Source: a virus (Duplodnaviria > Caudoviricetes). Taken from it: a DNA stretch of 53,647 nt. Numbering within the stretch: the first letter of the stretch is position 1; every line of letters begins with the position of its first letter. The stretch lies in IMG/VR virus record IMGVR_UViG_3300042905_002653, positions 1 to 53,647 of that record; one strand, written 5' to 3'. Shown here piece by piece: positions 44,402 to 53,174 of this stretch. The position numbers were made by a program, and so were the translations under genes. A model generated the notes under the pieces. It did not search any database. It had not been told where the DNA came from and saw only the letters and a program-made list of their open reading frames with translations.

Positions 44402-46026
44402 TCGGGTTGTGGTTGCTGGATCTCTTGAACGGTCTGGGCGGCGTTGGCCAGCTTCTGCGGGTCGGCCATCGCCGACTGCATCACGGCCGCCTGCTGCTGG
44501 GCCTCCATCGCGGCCTGCCGCTCCTCCTCGATCTGCTGCTGGCTCTTGATCAGACCCACCGTGTCGATGCCCATTGCGGCAGCGAGGCGGCTGATCAGCT
44601 CCGACGGGATCAGGTATTGCAGCGTGCCTTCGGGGGTGATGGTCTGCTGCAGGATCTGCATGAAGCGGGCATGGCGTTCGAGGTCGTTGCCCCGGCCCAC
44701 GGCCGCCAGGCCCACGCTCACCACCGGCTTGATGGTGTCGTCGGGCAGCTTGGGCAGCCCGCCGGACTGGGTGAGCAGGTACAGCCGCCGGGCGATGTAG
44801 GGGTACTGGAACTCAGTCGTGAGCACGCTGTAGATCCCGCCCAGGCTGTTCTCGATCTGCTGCGCTTGGATCCGCACCTCCTCGGCCGTGGTGCGCTCCG
44901 AGTCGCGGGCTTCGTTCAGCATGAAGCTCACGGCCAGCCGGGCCTCCACCCGCTGCAGCCGCTGCTCGGCCACCGCCAGATCGCTGCCCTTGCCCACCTG
45001 CACGGCGGTGATGTCCTCCGGGTTGCCGGTGAGGCAGGCGCCGTTGGCGGCCTCGTTGAACTGCTTGGCGGTGACGGCTGCACCCGGCTTGGCCAGGAAC
45101 TTGCACATCGAGCTGACCAGCGCGCCCTCTGTCAGCGCCCGGGTGAGGGCGTTGGCGGTTTGCAGGTCGGCCATGGTGGCCGCCTCGACATAGCCCGGCC
45201 CGTAGTCCTCCGAGTCGATGGCGAACATGCGCAGCGGAATCCAGGGGCTGTGCTCCCGGTTGCAGCTGCCCTCGCTGCCCTCGATGCGGCGGCCCTTGAG
45301 CTCCTGATACCAGCTGCAGCGGCTCTTGTTCCAGCTGATGTGGGTGTAGACCTTGACCAGTCGCTCATCAGGCAGGGTCTCGGTGCCGCCGCCGGGGCGC
45401 TCCTCGGTGAGCGGATCCATCGGCTCCACCTGGTCGAGGATCTTGCGGGCCGCCTCGGGCAGTTCGTCGGCCGGGATCCGCTCGCACACCACCGCCTCCA
45501 GCGGCCGGCCCACGGGGTCGCGGCGCAGCACATAGCGGTAGAGGTTGAACACCTTGGCGCCCTCCTTGGGCAGCCAGATCAGGCAGTTGCCGGCAATGAT
45601 CAGGTGCAGCAGCGCCTGGTGCAGAGCGGTGCGGTCGTTGCTGGCCTCGATGCTGCGTAGCACCGCCCGCTCCATCATCCCCAGGGTCTTGTCCACCTGG
45701 GTCTTGAGCTCAGCGATCTGCTCCGGGCTGTCGCCGGTCGCAATCATTTCGGCCTGCTGCGCAGCAAAGGCCATGTCGTCGTGGACGAACCGGAAGAAGG
45801 TCTCGGTGGGCGGCAGCAGGGCCAGCAGCAGCCGGCTGGCGATGTTGTGGACACCCCGCTGACCGATGCCATCCCACGGGTGGTCGATCTTCTGCAGCGC
45901 CTGGGCCTCGGGTTCGCCATCGAACGGCATCACCCAGGGCAGCGTGAGTGCAGACGCCTCCCGCCCGCGGTCAATCCAGTGGTTGCGCGCTGGTTCGAGC
46001 TTCTTGTAGCGGTTCTCTGCTGTCAT
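44398..46026 (-). CDS. Portal / head-tail connector (gp8)
   Basis: GVHNIASRLLLALLPP, EDYG, RDSERTTAEEVR, LGGIYS. Confidence 0.95.
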   Translation of the reverse strand: MTAENRYKKLEPARNHWIDRGREASALTLPWVMPFDGEPEAQALQKIDHPWDGIGQRGVHNIASRLLLALLPPTETFFRFVHDDMAFAAQQAEMIATGDSPEQIAELKTQVDKTLGMMERAVLRSIEASNDRTALHQALLHLIIAGNCLIWLPKEGAKVFNLYRYVLRRDPVGRPLEAVVCERIPADELPEAARKILDQVEPMDPLTEERPGGGTETLPDERLVKVYTHISWNKSRCSWYQELKGRRIEGSEGSCNREHSPWIPLRMFAIDSEDYGPGYVEAATMADLQTANALTRALTEGALVSSMCKFLAKPGAAVTAKQFNEAANGACLTGNPEDITAVQVGKGSDLAVAEQRLQRVEARLAVSFMLNEARDSERTTAEEVRIQAQQIENSLGGIYSVLTTEFQYPYIARRLYLLTQSGGLPKLPDDTIKPVVSVGLAAVGRGNDLERHARFMQILQQTITPEGTLQYLIPSELISRLAAAMGIDTVGLIKSQQQIEEERQAAMEAQQQAAVMQSAMADPQKLANAAQTVQEIQQPQPE

Positions 46027-46418
46027 CGGCCGATGTTCAACCCGGTGGCCGGTGCGCGGCGGGTGCCGATGGTGAGGCTCGGGGTGCGCGGAGCAGCGGG
46101 CGCAGCGGGCTGGATGGCCTCAGTGGTCTGGGCGGCAGCGGCCGGCGCCTGCTGCGTGGTCTCGACGGTGTAGGACTGGTTGGCCATGGCTGCGCTGGAG
46201 CTGATCGCGGCCTGTTGCTGCTGCAGTTCCTCGGCAGCTGCCCCGGCGGCGGCATTGGCCTCGTCGATCTGTGCCTGCAGCTGCTGCTGGAACTCGGCCT
46301 GGCTGGCCTCTGCTGCCTTGGTGGCCATGTTGAGCTGCTTCTCCTGCTGCTTGATCTCCTTGTTGGAGGGCCCCTGGTACACAACCTTGGGGGGCTGGGG
46401 GGTTGATCCCATGCACAT
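46023..46418 (-). CDS. Virion assembly protein (gp7.3-like)
   Basis: MC start, ends SLTI...GLNIG; precedes the portal. Confidence 0.7.
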   Translation of the reverse strand: MCMGSTPQPPKVVYQGPSNKEIKQQEKQLNMATKAAEASQAEFQQQLQAQIDEANAAAGAAAEELQQQQAAISSSAAMANQSYTVETTQQAPAAAAQTTEAIQPAAPAAPRTPSLTIGTRRAPATGLNIGR

Positions 46419-46420
46419 GA

Positions 46421-46822
46421 TCAGTACCTGGCGATGTTGAGGCCGGTGCCGGCCTTGTTGCCGCTGGCCGCCTTGGGCTCGATGCGCAGGGTGGTCTTGC
46501 CCTGGGGGCTGGTCATCCCCTGGCGGCTGCTGCCCAGCACCGGCGCCTTGGCGGCCGGCTCGGGAGTCGGCGCACCGATCAGCGCTGCCATCCGTGCTGC
46601 GTCGGCAGCGGTCTGCGATGCGCGCTGCTCCTGGGCCGCCAGCAGCTGCTGCATCGTCCCCTGCTGGTTGAGGGTGGCCTGGTTGAGCCGCTCCTGCATC
46701 AGCATGGTGGAGCTCTCCTGCTGCTGGCGCAGCGCGGCCATCTGCTGATCGGCCATCCGATCAAAGGCGCCCATGTCCGGCATGGTGATCGTCGCCCGTG
46801 GGGCGGAACCTCCGAAGCACAT
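46421..46822 (-). CDS. Virion protein (gp6.7-like)
   Basis: MCFGG start, GKTTLRI...GLNI; paralogous tail to the next gene. Confidence 0.7.
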   Translation of the reverse strand: MCFGGSAPRATITMPDMGAFDRMADQQMAALRQQQESSTMLMQERLNQATLNQQGTMQQLLAAQEQRASQTAADAARMAALIGAPTPEPAAKAPVLGSSRQGMTSPQGKTTLRIEPKAASGNKAGTGLNIARY

Positions 46823-46989
46823 CAGCTGAGGCCCTCCTGTTGTTCGGCGTGCCAGCGCTTGATGCAATCCACCACCGCCTGCTCACCGATCCAGTGATCA
46901 ATGTCCCGATGGGACATCGAGCGATCCGGCTTTTGGCCAAAGGTGGCGTCGAGCCGCTTGATCAGTTCATCGCTGACGATGGGAAACAC
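46822..46989 (-). CDS. gp6.5-like small protein
   Basis: Manual translation MFPIVSDELIKRLDATF...IGEQAVVDCIKRWHAEQ (55 aa). Confidence 0.7.
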   Translation of the reverse strand: MFPIVSDELIKRLDATFGQKPDRSMSHRDIDHWIGEQAVVDCIKRWHAEQQEGLS

Positions 46990-47002
46990 TGCATCCATGC
47001 AG
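46989..47002. promoter_or_regulatory. Palindrome at the start of the late operon
   Basis: CTGCATCCATGCAG, identical to the 9342 site. Confidence 0.7.
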
Positions 47003-47005
47003 ACA

Positions 47006-47785
47006 TCACAAGGCTACCGGGGGGCTCCATAGGCGGACAGTCTGGTTTTCGAGGTCGTATTCACCAGCGCGAAGGATGCGTGCGCAGCGTGCCTGGGTGA
47101 TGGCGTAGTGCTCACCGAAGCCTTTTTTCTCAAAGGCCTTGAGCACGGCCTGCCACATCTGCAGCTCACTGGTGCAGCCGGCCAGCGCCTTCTGAGCCGT
47201 CACCGGGCCATAGCCCGGGCAGCCGGGGTAGTTGTCGCTGGCGTCGCCGGTGAGGGTCTGGGCGTAGAACGCCAGGTCGGCATCGAGCAGGTTCACCTCC
47301 TGCAGCTCACCGTTGCGCAGGTGCAGGCCAGGCAGGGTGAGCATGTCCTTGTCGATCGAGCAGATCACGTCGCCCCACTCATGGAGCACGCCCAGCACGT
47401 CGTCGCCTTCGAGGTCGGGCAGCTCGGCGGTCTGCCACCCCCGGGCCGGGCCGGCCTTGGTCACCCAGTCCACCAGCTGCCGGTAGCCGGCGGGCTTGCG
47501 GTACTTCTTGCGGTTGGCCTTGTACTGGGGCCACACGCCATAGCGAAAGCTGGTGCGGCTGCCGAACACCAGCACTGGCTGATGATCGGGGAGGGTGTCG
47601 CGGATCTCGCCGATGGCGTCCTGGAACAGTGCCTGGGCATCGCCGTGGCGACAGGTGTAGGTCCAGTCATCGGGCGCCCATTCCGTCTCCACTTTGCAGG
47701 CTGCAGCAGCCCGGAACAGGTAGACCTCCGCATCAATCAGGGCTTTCACTCCCTCCCACAGCGGTGGGCAGTTGGGCGTGGTCAT
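47006..47785 (-). CDS. 5'-3' exonuclease (T7 gp6-like)
   Basis: YKANR, EGDDVLG, SIDKDM, GDASDNYPGCPG. Confidence 0.92.
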   Translation of the reverse strand: MTTPNCPPLWEGVKALIDAEVYLFRAAAACKVETEWAPDDWTYTCRHGDAQALFQDAIGEIRDTLPDHQPVLVFGSRTSFRYGVWPQYKANRKKYRKPAGYRQLVDWVTKAGPARGWQTAELPDLEGDDVLGVLHEWGDVICSIDKDMLTLPGLHLRNGELQEVNLLDADLAFYAQTLTGDASDNYPGCPGYGPVTAQKALAGCTSELQMWQAVLKAFEKKGFGEHYAITQARCARILRAGEYDLENQTVRLWSPPVAL

Positions 47786-48696
47786 GGCCGGGCCTCCAGT
47801 TCGTTGGCGATGGCGAGATTCCGTTGACGCTCGGACTCCACACCATCGCGGAATGGCCAGTAGCTATCGCCTACCACATGGGCGGGCACTCCGCCGGCCC
47901 GCCCCGCAGCAGCGCGAAGGGCGGCGGCAGCGATCCTGTGGTTTTCATCCATGAAGTCCATGTTGACTTCATACATTGCGTCGGACACCGCCTGCGCAGC
48001 GGGCGACAGCGGCGGGCGGTTGGGGGTGATCATGACTGCACCTCCCCCCGCAGGCACCGGCAGGGCGTGGGAGGGGAGCAACCAGCCGGCGTACGCCATG
48101 GATGGCGGGATCATTAGCCAACACGGCGGGCCATCTGGCGGACACCACCAGCACTCGCCGTCTAGGTCAAGCCACCCGCCCCGCTCCCAAGGCCGCTCAG
48201 TCACCGGCACCGGCACCACCACCGGCACGGGCGTGGGGTGCTGCTGCTGGAATAACTCGGCGGCGCGGTGGCATTTGGCACCTTCGGAGTATTGGCCAAG
48301 ATCCCTCCATTCCCTGGCGCTTGTCTGCAACCACGCCACCAACTCCGTCACCTCCCCCTCGGCGGGCGGGGTGGGCTGGCGGCCCCAGCGGGCGAGGGCC
48401 TGGCGCTGTGCCCAGACAATGATTTCATCGAGGCCCAACTCGTCCCAGCCGTTGGCCGCGTCGGCTTGGGCGTTCCACGCTGCCGCCAGCTGATCCAGCC
48501 CCAGTAGTTCCGCATCGCCAGGCTCCCCAGCGACGGCGGCCGGTTCCCTGCCCTCGGGCACAGCCGGTCCATCCGCCGACAATGCAGCGCAGGCGGCATA
48601 GAACGAATCGCTCCACGCAGGCACAGGTCCGTTCGGGTCGGATGCAGGCAGTCGGGCAATCAGCCGCTCCATCGCGGCGCGGATCGGGTCAGTCAT
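47782..48696 (-). CDS. Mosaic hypothetical protein (fusion of the families at 2055-2720 and 1795-2058)
   Basis: Internal MITPNRPPLSPAAQAV in frame. Confidence 0.65.
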   Translation of the reverse strand: MTDPIRAAMERLIARLPASDPNGPVPAWSDSFYAACAALSADGPAVPEGREPAAVAGEPGDAELLGLDQLAAAWNAQADAANGWDELGLDEIIVWAQRQALARWGRQPTPPAEGEVTELVAWLQTSAREWRDLGQYSEGAKCHRAAELFQQQHPTPVPVVVPVPVTERPWERGGWLDLDGECWWCPPDGPPCWLMIPPSMAYAGWLLPSHALPVPAGGGAVMITPNRPPLSPAAQAVSDAMYEVNMDFMDENHRIAAAALRAAAGRAGGVPAHVVGDSYWPFRDGVESERQRNLAIANELEARP

Positions 48697-48865
48697 GATT
48701 CATCTCCAGGAATAAAGAACTCACAAAAAAACGTGATAATCAACGGCGGCTCCAGGAACACCTCACCACCAGCAGCAGTGCGCCGCTGGCAGGTCTGGCA
48801 CTCCTCCAGCCAATCCTCAGGGCCATCGCCGAACCCTCGGCAGCGCTCGATGTTGGCAGGGAGGG

Positions 48866-49324
48866 TCATGTTTCTGACTCCGGTGAAGTGGTGGGGGTAA
48901 CGAGATTGCGCACAGCCCAGTCACGAACAGATCGCCAGCGGCGGCGGCGTGACTGCTCATCGTTGCGCTCGTCGTGGTACTCGTTTTCGGAAACAACGGC
49001 ATGAGCAAGGGTTTCGCTGATGTCAAACGGTTCAGCCAGATCGCGCCAATCCACGTCTGGATCAGTCGGATCAAACCGCAGCGGCACAGCATCGGCACCT
49101 CGTTGAATCCTTACGGCACCCAGGGCGCAGACGCAGCCGGTTTCGGGATCCTCCAACGATCCGGCTGCCAGCTCTGGCACCGGCAGAGCATCCAAGCCGG
49201 CGATCAGATCACGCAGCAGTCGTTGACCACGGCGGCCACGGATGGCGCTTCGCATCGCTCCAGCGGCCTGGCCCTCCATCCACGGCTCATAGTCGTAGTC
49301 GTCGGAATCGTAGTAGCGGCTCAC
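48866..49324 (-). CDS. Hypothetical protein (copy of 2890-3348)
   Basis: Identical translation. Confidence 0.75.
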   Translation of the reverse strand: MSRYYDSDDYDYEPWMEGQAAGAMRSAIRGRRGQRLLRDLIAGLDALPVPELAAGSLEDPETGCVCALGAVRIQRGADAVPLRFDPTDPDVDWRDLAEPFDISETLAHAVVSENEYHDERNDEQSRRRRWRSVRDWAVRNLVTPTTSPESET

Positions 49325-49857
49325 AGCCCCACCTCCACACCAGCCGCATCAATCACGCTTTGCAGGTATTTCGTAGCCTCCTTGTTGGTGTCATAGAAAT
49401 GCCCAGCCGCCTCCACTCCCAGCAGATACAAACCAGCCATGTGAACGCCAACTGCTGTTTCAAGCACGCAGCCAACTTCACCGGCCAGATGAACAGCCCA
49501 GCCGCTTATGCAGTGGGTCGTTTCGCAGGTGTGCCAGTCGTTCATGTACAGTGCACCCGGCTGCAGCGCAGCTCGGGCTACGGCGAGCAATCGAGCGGGA
49601 GCGTCTGCGGCAATTTTGAGTCCAATGACGCCGCTGAGGTTGGCGCCGCTGAGGTCGGCGCGCGTGAGGTTGGCGCCCGTGAGGTAGGCGCGCGTGAGGT
49701 TGGCGCCGCTGAGGTCGGCGCCCGTGAGGTCGGCGCCCGTGAGGTTGGCGCGCGTGAGGTAGGCGCTAGGTCTTTGCAGTCGCTTACCCGTGCTCGAATC
49801 ACTCAGCCACTGCGCGTGCAGTGCCAGGTCATCGGCTGTGATTGTGTCGGTGCTCAT
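49321..49857 (-). CDS. Pentapeptide-repeat protein (copy of 3345-3881)
   Basis: Identical translation. Confidence 0.85.
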   Translation of the reverse strand: MSTDTITADDLALHAQWLSDSSTGKRLQRPSAYLTRANLTGADLTGADLSGANLTRAYLTGANLTRADLSGANLSGVIGLKIAADAPARLLAVARAALQPGALYMNDWHTCETTHCISGWAVHLAGEVGCVLETAVGVHMAGLYLLGVEAAGHFYDTNKEATKYLQSVIDAAGVEVGL

Positions 49858-50131
49858 GGTGCGAAAGGGTGGGTTGATGAACAGTTGGCCTTCATGCAGG
49901 AATCCGCCGGTGCCCAGGCTGGGCGGATACCAGGTGCCGGCGGTGGTGATGGTCATGCCGCCACCCCCTTGAAGCGGCTCAGGATGTGCTCTCGGTAGTT
50001 GAAGAACTGCGCCTCTGCTGGTGGTGCACCAGATGGCAGCCAATCGGCATGGAGATGAGACCATTCCCGCCAACAGCCCGATGCCCAACACCAGTGGCGG
50101 CCATTCATCTGGGCATGGTCAAGGTGGGGGG

Positions 50132-51565
50132 TCATGCCGCCACCTCATGCCGCCTGCGCTGCTTCGGCCGGCGGTGCTGCTCCGGCAGCACCTGGCCCTT
50201 GATTCGCGCATACCTCGCGTTCACCGCCGCCCAGACTTCCTCGTCCTTGAACTCGAAGTGCACCGTGCCCTTCTTGTATGCACGGAACCGGAAGAAGCCC
50301 CACTCATACCACTTACCAGGCCAGAACACACCATCAGCAGGCTTGACGGGTTGGCCCACCTCGTCGTACTTCCGGCCGGTGATGAAACACAGCGCCTTGA
50401 TCAGGTCCTGGATCTCATCCGCCTGGCTGCCGTAGGTCAGCACCCGTACGTACTCGCCGCACCATGCTGGTTCAGCCATGTAGGACCGGATGAAGCGCCG
50501 GTTGAGCATGTAACCCGAGTTGGTCACCCAGCCCTCCACACCGAACCGGTTCCCCTTGGTGTGCTTCGTCAGGCTGTCGATCGCCTGCTCTACCGCACGA
50601 TCCACCCTGGCCTCTTGCGTGCCGGCGACGATCTGCAGCATCCGGTAGATGTTCCGCTCGGTGAACGGGATCCGGCTCTGTTTCTCCACGAACTGGTTGA
50701 TGTCCTTGGCCAGCTGCGACGTGGCCAGCTGCGTCGGCAGGAACTCAGCGAAGACGTGTTTCCATGCCGCCTTCTGCAGATCCTTCCTGAACCGGTTGCG
50801 CGTTACCGGTGCACCTTCGACGGTGGCCTGTAAGCCCAGCTCCTGGCCGAAGAACCCATCCAGCACGCTGCGCAGCCTGGTGCCGGCCTCCACCTGCTCA
50901 TCGAAAATCCGGCACGCCTCCACATACCGCTGCACGATGTCACTGCTGCGGCGGTACTGGATCAACCCCTCGCCTTGGGCCTCGATGTCGTCGGGGCCTA
51001 GGTAGAAGCCGTCGAACTCATCAGCGCCGCTTACACGTTGGCCAGGCTTGGTGAGCCGCACCAGCCCGACGCTCACCTTGGTGGGACGCTCGGCGGTGGT
51101 GAAGCACTCGCCCAGATCGTCCAGGCTGCCGTATGCCTCGATCAGCTTGGCCAGCTGTAGCTGCAGCCCACGGAACACGCCTGAGACGGTGTTCCAGTTG
51201 CACAGCGCCACGATCTCGCACCCAGGCGGGGCGATCTCCCAAGCGTGCAAAATGTGGGCCTCGTCCGCCGAGAACGGCGGGTTCATCACGATCAGCTCGA
51301 TGTGGCTGACCTGATGGGCCTCCACCAGCAGGAAGTCATGCCCCAGGTAGTAACCGCCCCGCAGGCTGGTCAGCATGTCCCGCAGCTGCGGTTCCTTCTC
51401 GCACCACAGCACCTCCGCCGCGCCACGCTCCAGGCACTCCCGCACCAGGTTCCCTGAGCCGGCGCTGGGCTCCAGCACCGTCTTGCCCCGCAGGTCGAGC
51501 GGGTCGAGCATCTCGGCCGCTACCTCGGGTGGGGTGGGGTAGAAGTCGGGGTTCAGGAAACTCAT
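50132..51565 (-). CDS. DNA methyltransferase, DUF4942-like (copy 2; differs only at the N-terminus)
   Basis: MSFLNPDFYPTP versus MFNPDFYPTP. Confidence 0.85.
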   Translation of the reverse strand: MSFLNPDFYPTPPEVAAEMLDPLDLRGKTVLEPSAGSGNLVRECLERGAAEVLWCEKEPQLRDMLTSLRGGYYLGHDFLLVEAHQVSHIELIVMNPPFSADEAHILHAWEIAPPGCEIVALCNWNTVSGVFRGLQLQLAKLIEAYGSLDDLGECFTTAERPTKVSVGLVRLTKPGQRVSGADEFDGFYLGPDDIEAQGEGLIQYRRSSDIVQRYVEACRIFDEQVEAGTRLRSVLDGFFGQELGLQATVEGAPVTRNRFRKDLQKAAWKHVFAEFLPTQLATSQLAKDINQFVEKQSRIPFTERNIYRMLQIVAGTQEARVDRAVEQAIDSLTKHTKGNRFGVEGWVTNSGYMLNRRFIRSYMAEPAWCGEYVRVLTYGSQADEIQDLIKALCFITGRKYDEVGQPVKPADGVFWPGKWYEWGFFRFRAYKKGTVHFEFKDEEVWAAVNARYARIKGQVLPEQHRRPKQRRRHEVAA

Positions 51566-51942
51566 CCCACCCCCCGCAGATGCAGCGCCTTGCCAGTGCC
51601 GCTACACGCACCGCACTCCCGGTAGGTGGTGCCATTGATGCCGGTTGACTTGACCTGCTGGCCGCTGCCGCCGCAGTGACTGCACAGCCCGGTCTCGTTC
51701 TCCCAGCAGATGCGGGCCTGTTTCACCTCGTCGGCGGTGATCACAACCCGTTCCAGCTGGCCCAGCGGTGCCCACTTCGGCCGGCCTTTCCGTGGTCCGC
51801 GTGAGTAGGTGCCGATCGGCACAGCGCCACGCAGGTAGAACCCCAGGTCGCGGTCAAGGCAGCCATAGATCCGTGGCTGCCAGTCAGCAGGCAGGCCATG
51901 TACACGCCGCGCTGCAATGGCGTGGATGTCGGGTGCACTCAC
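51562..51942 (-). CDS. Hypothetical protein with C-terminal CxxCxGxG zinc finger
   Basis: CSHCGGSG and CGACSGTG. Confidence 0.7.
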   Translation of the reverse strand: MSAPDIHAIAARRVHGLPADWQPRIYGCLDRDLGFYLRGAVPIGTYSRGPRKGRPKWAPLGQLERVVITADEVKQARICWENETGLCSHCGGSGQQVKSTGINGTTYRECGACSGTGKALHLRGVG

Positions 51943-52142
51943 CTCCCCACCTCCTGCAGCACACGCCGCAGCAGCTCAGCCATGCTCTCACCAGGCATCA
52001 AAAACGCCCTGAGCCGTTCCACTTCCGTAAGCGGAAGCACCACCGTTAAACGGCGGGTTTCTCCTTTTGTCATTGCTTGATCACTCGTTGGTGGTTGTGT
52101 AGCCAGCCGCTCCATCGCGGCGATCGTGGAGGGGTCAATCAT
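51939..52142 (-). CDS. Ribbon-helix-helix-like small protein
   Basis: RRLTVVLPLTEVERL...SMAELLRRVL; start uncertain. Confidence 0.55.
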   Translation of the reverse strand: MIDPSTIAAMERLATQPPTSDQAMTKGETRRLTVVLPLTEVERLRAFLMPGESMAELLRRVLQEVGR

Positions 52143-52326
52143 CAATCGCGCTCCATTCACCGCACCACCGCACCGCAGGGCACCGTGCTGGGTACTGCGG
52201 GCTGGTGCTCGGCCTCGGCGCATGACGGCAACACAGATTCACCGTCAAGTTGTCATCACTGGCGCGTCGCCAATAGCGACAGTTGAAACAACTCTGCTGT
52301 TCCATTGGCGGGTAACGATCAGCCAT
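52135..52326 (-). CDS. Small Cys-rich protein (paralog of 8148-8357)
   Basis: YPP...CFNCRY...CCRHAPRP...WCGEW. Confidence 0.7.
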   Translation of the reverse strand: MADRYPPMEQQSCFNCRYWRRASDDNLTVNLCCRHAPRPSTSPQYPARCPAVRWCGEWSAIDD

Positions 52327-52900
52327 CAGCCACCACCCCGCGCAAATACTCCAGCGCCTTCTCATTCCTGTCATAGAAATGCTGATGCGCTTCTGTCCCT
52401 AGCAACAACAACCCAGCAAGTTCTGGACCCATCATTGACTCCATCAGCCGGCCAGGTTCGCCCGCCAAGTGAATAGCCCAGCCCGCAATGCAATGCGTGG
52501 TGCCGCATGTATGCCAATTGGACATCTGCAGCGCATCAGGTTGTAATGCTGCAGCGGCTACAGCTTTCAGGCGATCAGCTGCATCGGCTGCTATTGGTAG
52601 GCCGACGGCATCGCGCAGGTCGGCACCCCGCAGGAAGGCACCCCGCAGGACGGCATCCCGCAGGACGGCATCGCGCAGGACGGCACCCCGCAGGACGGCA
52701 TCGCGCAGGAAGGCATCGCGCAGGACGGCACCCCGCAGGAAGGCATCGCGCAGGTCGGAATCGCGCAGGTCGGCATCGCGCAGGAAGGCATCGCGCAGGT
52801 CGGAATCGCGCAGGTCGGCCCCGACTTTCACCAGTCGCACACCATCAGGTTCGCCGCGCAGCGATTTGGCGTGCAGCTCTAGTTCCTGTGCTGTAATCAT
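52319..52900 (-). CDS. Pentapeptide-repeat protein
   Basis: A[D/F/V]LR[D/G] repeats; WHTCGTTHCIAGWA. Confidence 0.85.
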   Translation of the reverse strand: MITAQELELHAKSLRGEPDGVRLVKVGADLRDSDLRDAFLRDADLRDSDLRDAFLRGAVLRDAFLRDAVLRGAVLRDAVLRDAVLRGAFLRGADLRDAVGLPIAADAADRLKAVAAAALQPDALQMSNWHTCGTTHCIAGWAIHLAGEPGRLMESMMGPELAGLLLLGTEAHQHFYDRNEKALEYLRGVVADG

Positions 52901-53172
52901 TGGTTGTCTCCGTTGTTGGTCTCTGTTGCCACCACCCCGCGCAACGAGCGCAACAGGATCGTGTTCATCCCCGCGCCGTTCAACTGGCCAATCTGTGCAT
53001 CGATCAGCGCCAGCACCCTGAACCGTTCAGCCATCGTCGCCTCTACCCAAGCAGCCCTCACACGGTCGTCCACAGTGAGGGTCTCCATCGCATGGGCTGT
53101 TGCGGTCTCCCGTTGCTCTAGCTCCAGCAGCAACGTGTCGAGCTGCTGCTTTACCTGTGTGATGTTGTCCAT
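52897..53172 (-). CDS. Hypothetical protein
   Basis: Coupled ORF downstream of ssb. Confidence 0.6.
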   Translation of the reverse strand: MDNITQVKQQLDTLLLELEQRETATAHAMETLTVDDRVRAAWVEATMAERFRVLALIDAQIGQLNGAGMNTILLRSLRGVVATETNNGDNQ

Positions 53173-53174
53173 GA

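Larger units (their letters stand above)
2351..48326 (-). mobile_element. One full unit (45,976 bp) of a T7-like temperate podophage, circularly permuted
   Basis: Contains RNAP, integrase, portal, scaffold, capsid, tail tube A/B, internal virion proteins, tail fibre, TerS and TerL. Gene order is continuous across the repeat (MTase block then exonuclease then portal). Repeat offset is 45,976 bp. Confidence 0.9.
48327..51553. repeat. ~3.2-kb direct repeat, copy 2
   Basis: Same sequence as 2351-5577; diverges at 51554 (CAGGAAACTCAT versus AAACAT). Confidence 0.95.

Noticed and set aside
5762-44665. CTGCA-N5-TGCA look-alikes (5762, 8305, 13103, 44647) and ATGCAGCGGTGCAT (18360)
   Set aside because: Wrong spacing or flanks and inside coding sequence (Leu-Gln-type codons); excluded from the palindrome set.
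5578-48326. T7/Syn5-type asymmetric phage promoter, and photosynthesis genes or RNR (psbA, hli, talC, nrd)
   Set aside because: None recognised by eye; a motif and HMM search is needed to confirm absence.
49621-52820. CRISPR-like periodicity in the 15-bp repeats (also 3655-3790)
   Set aside because: They are in-frame pentapeptide codons with no unique spacers and no cas genes.
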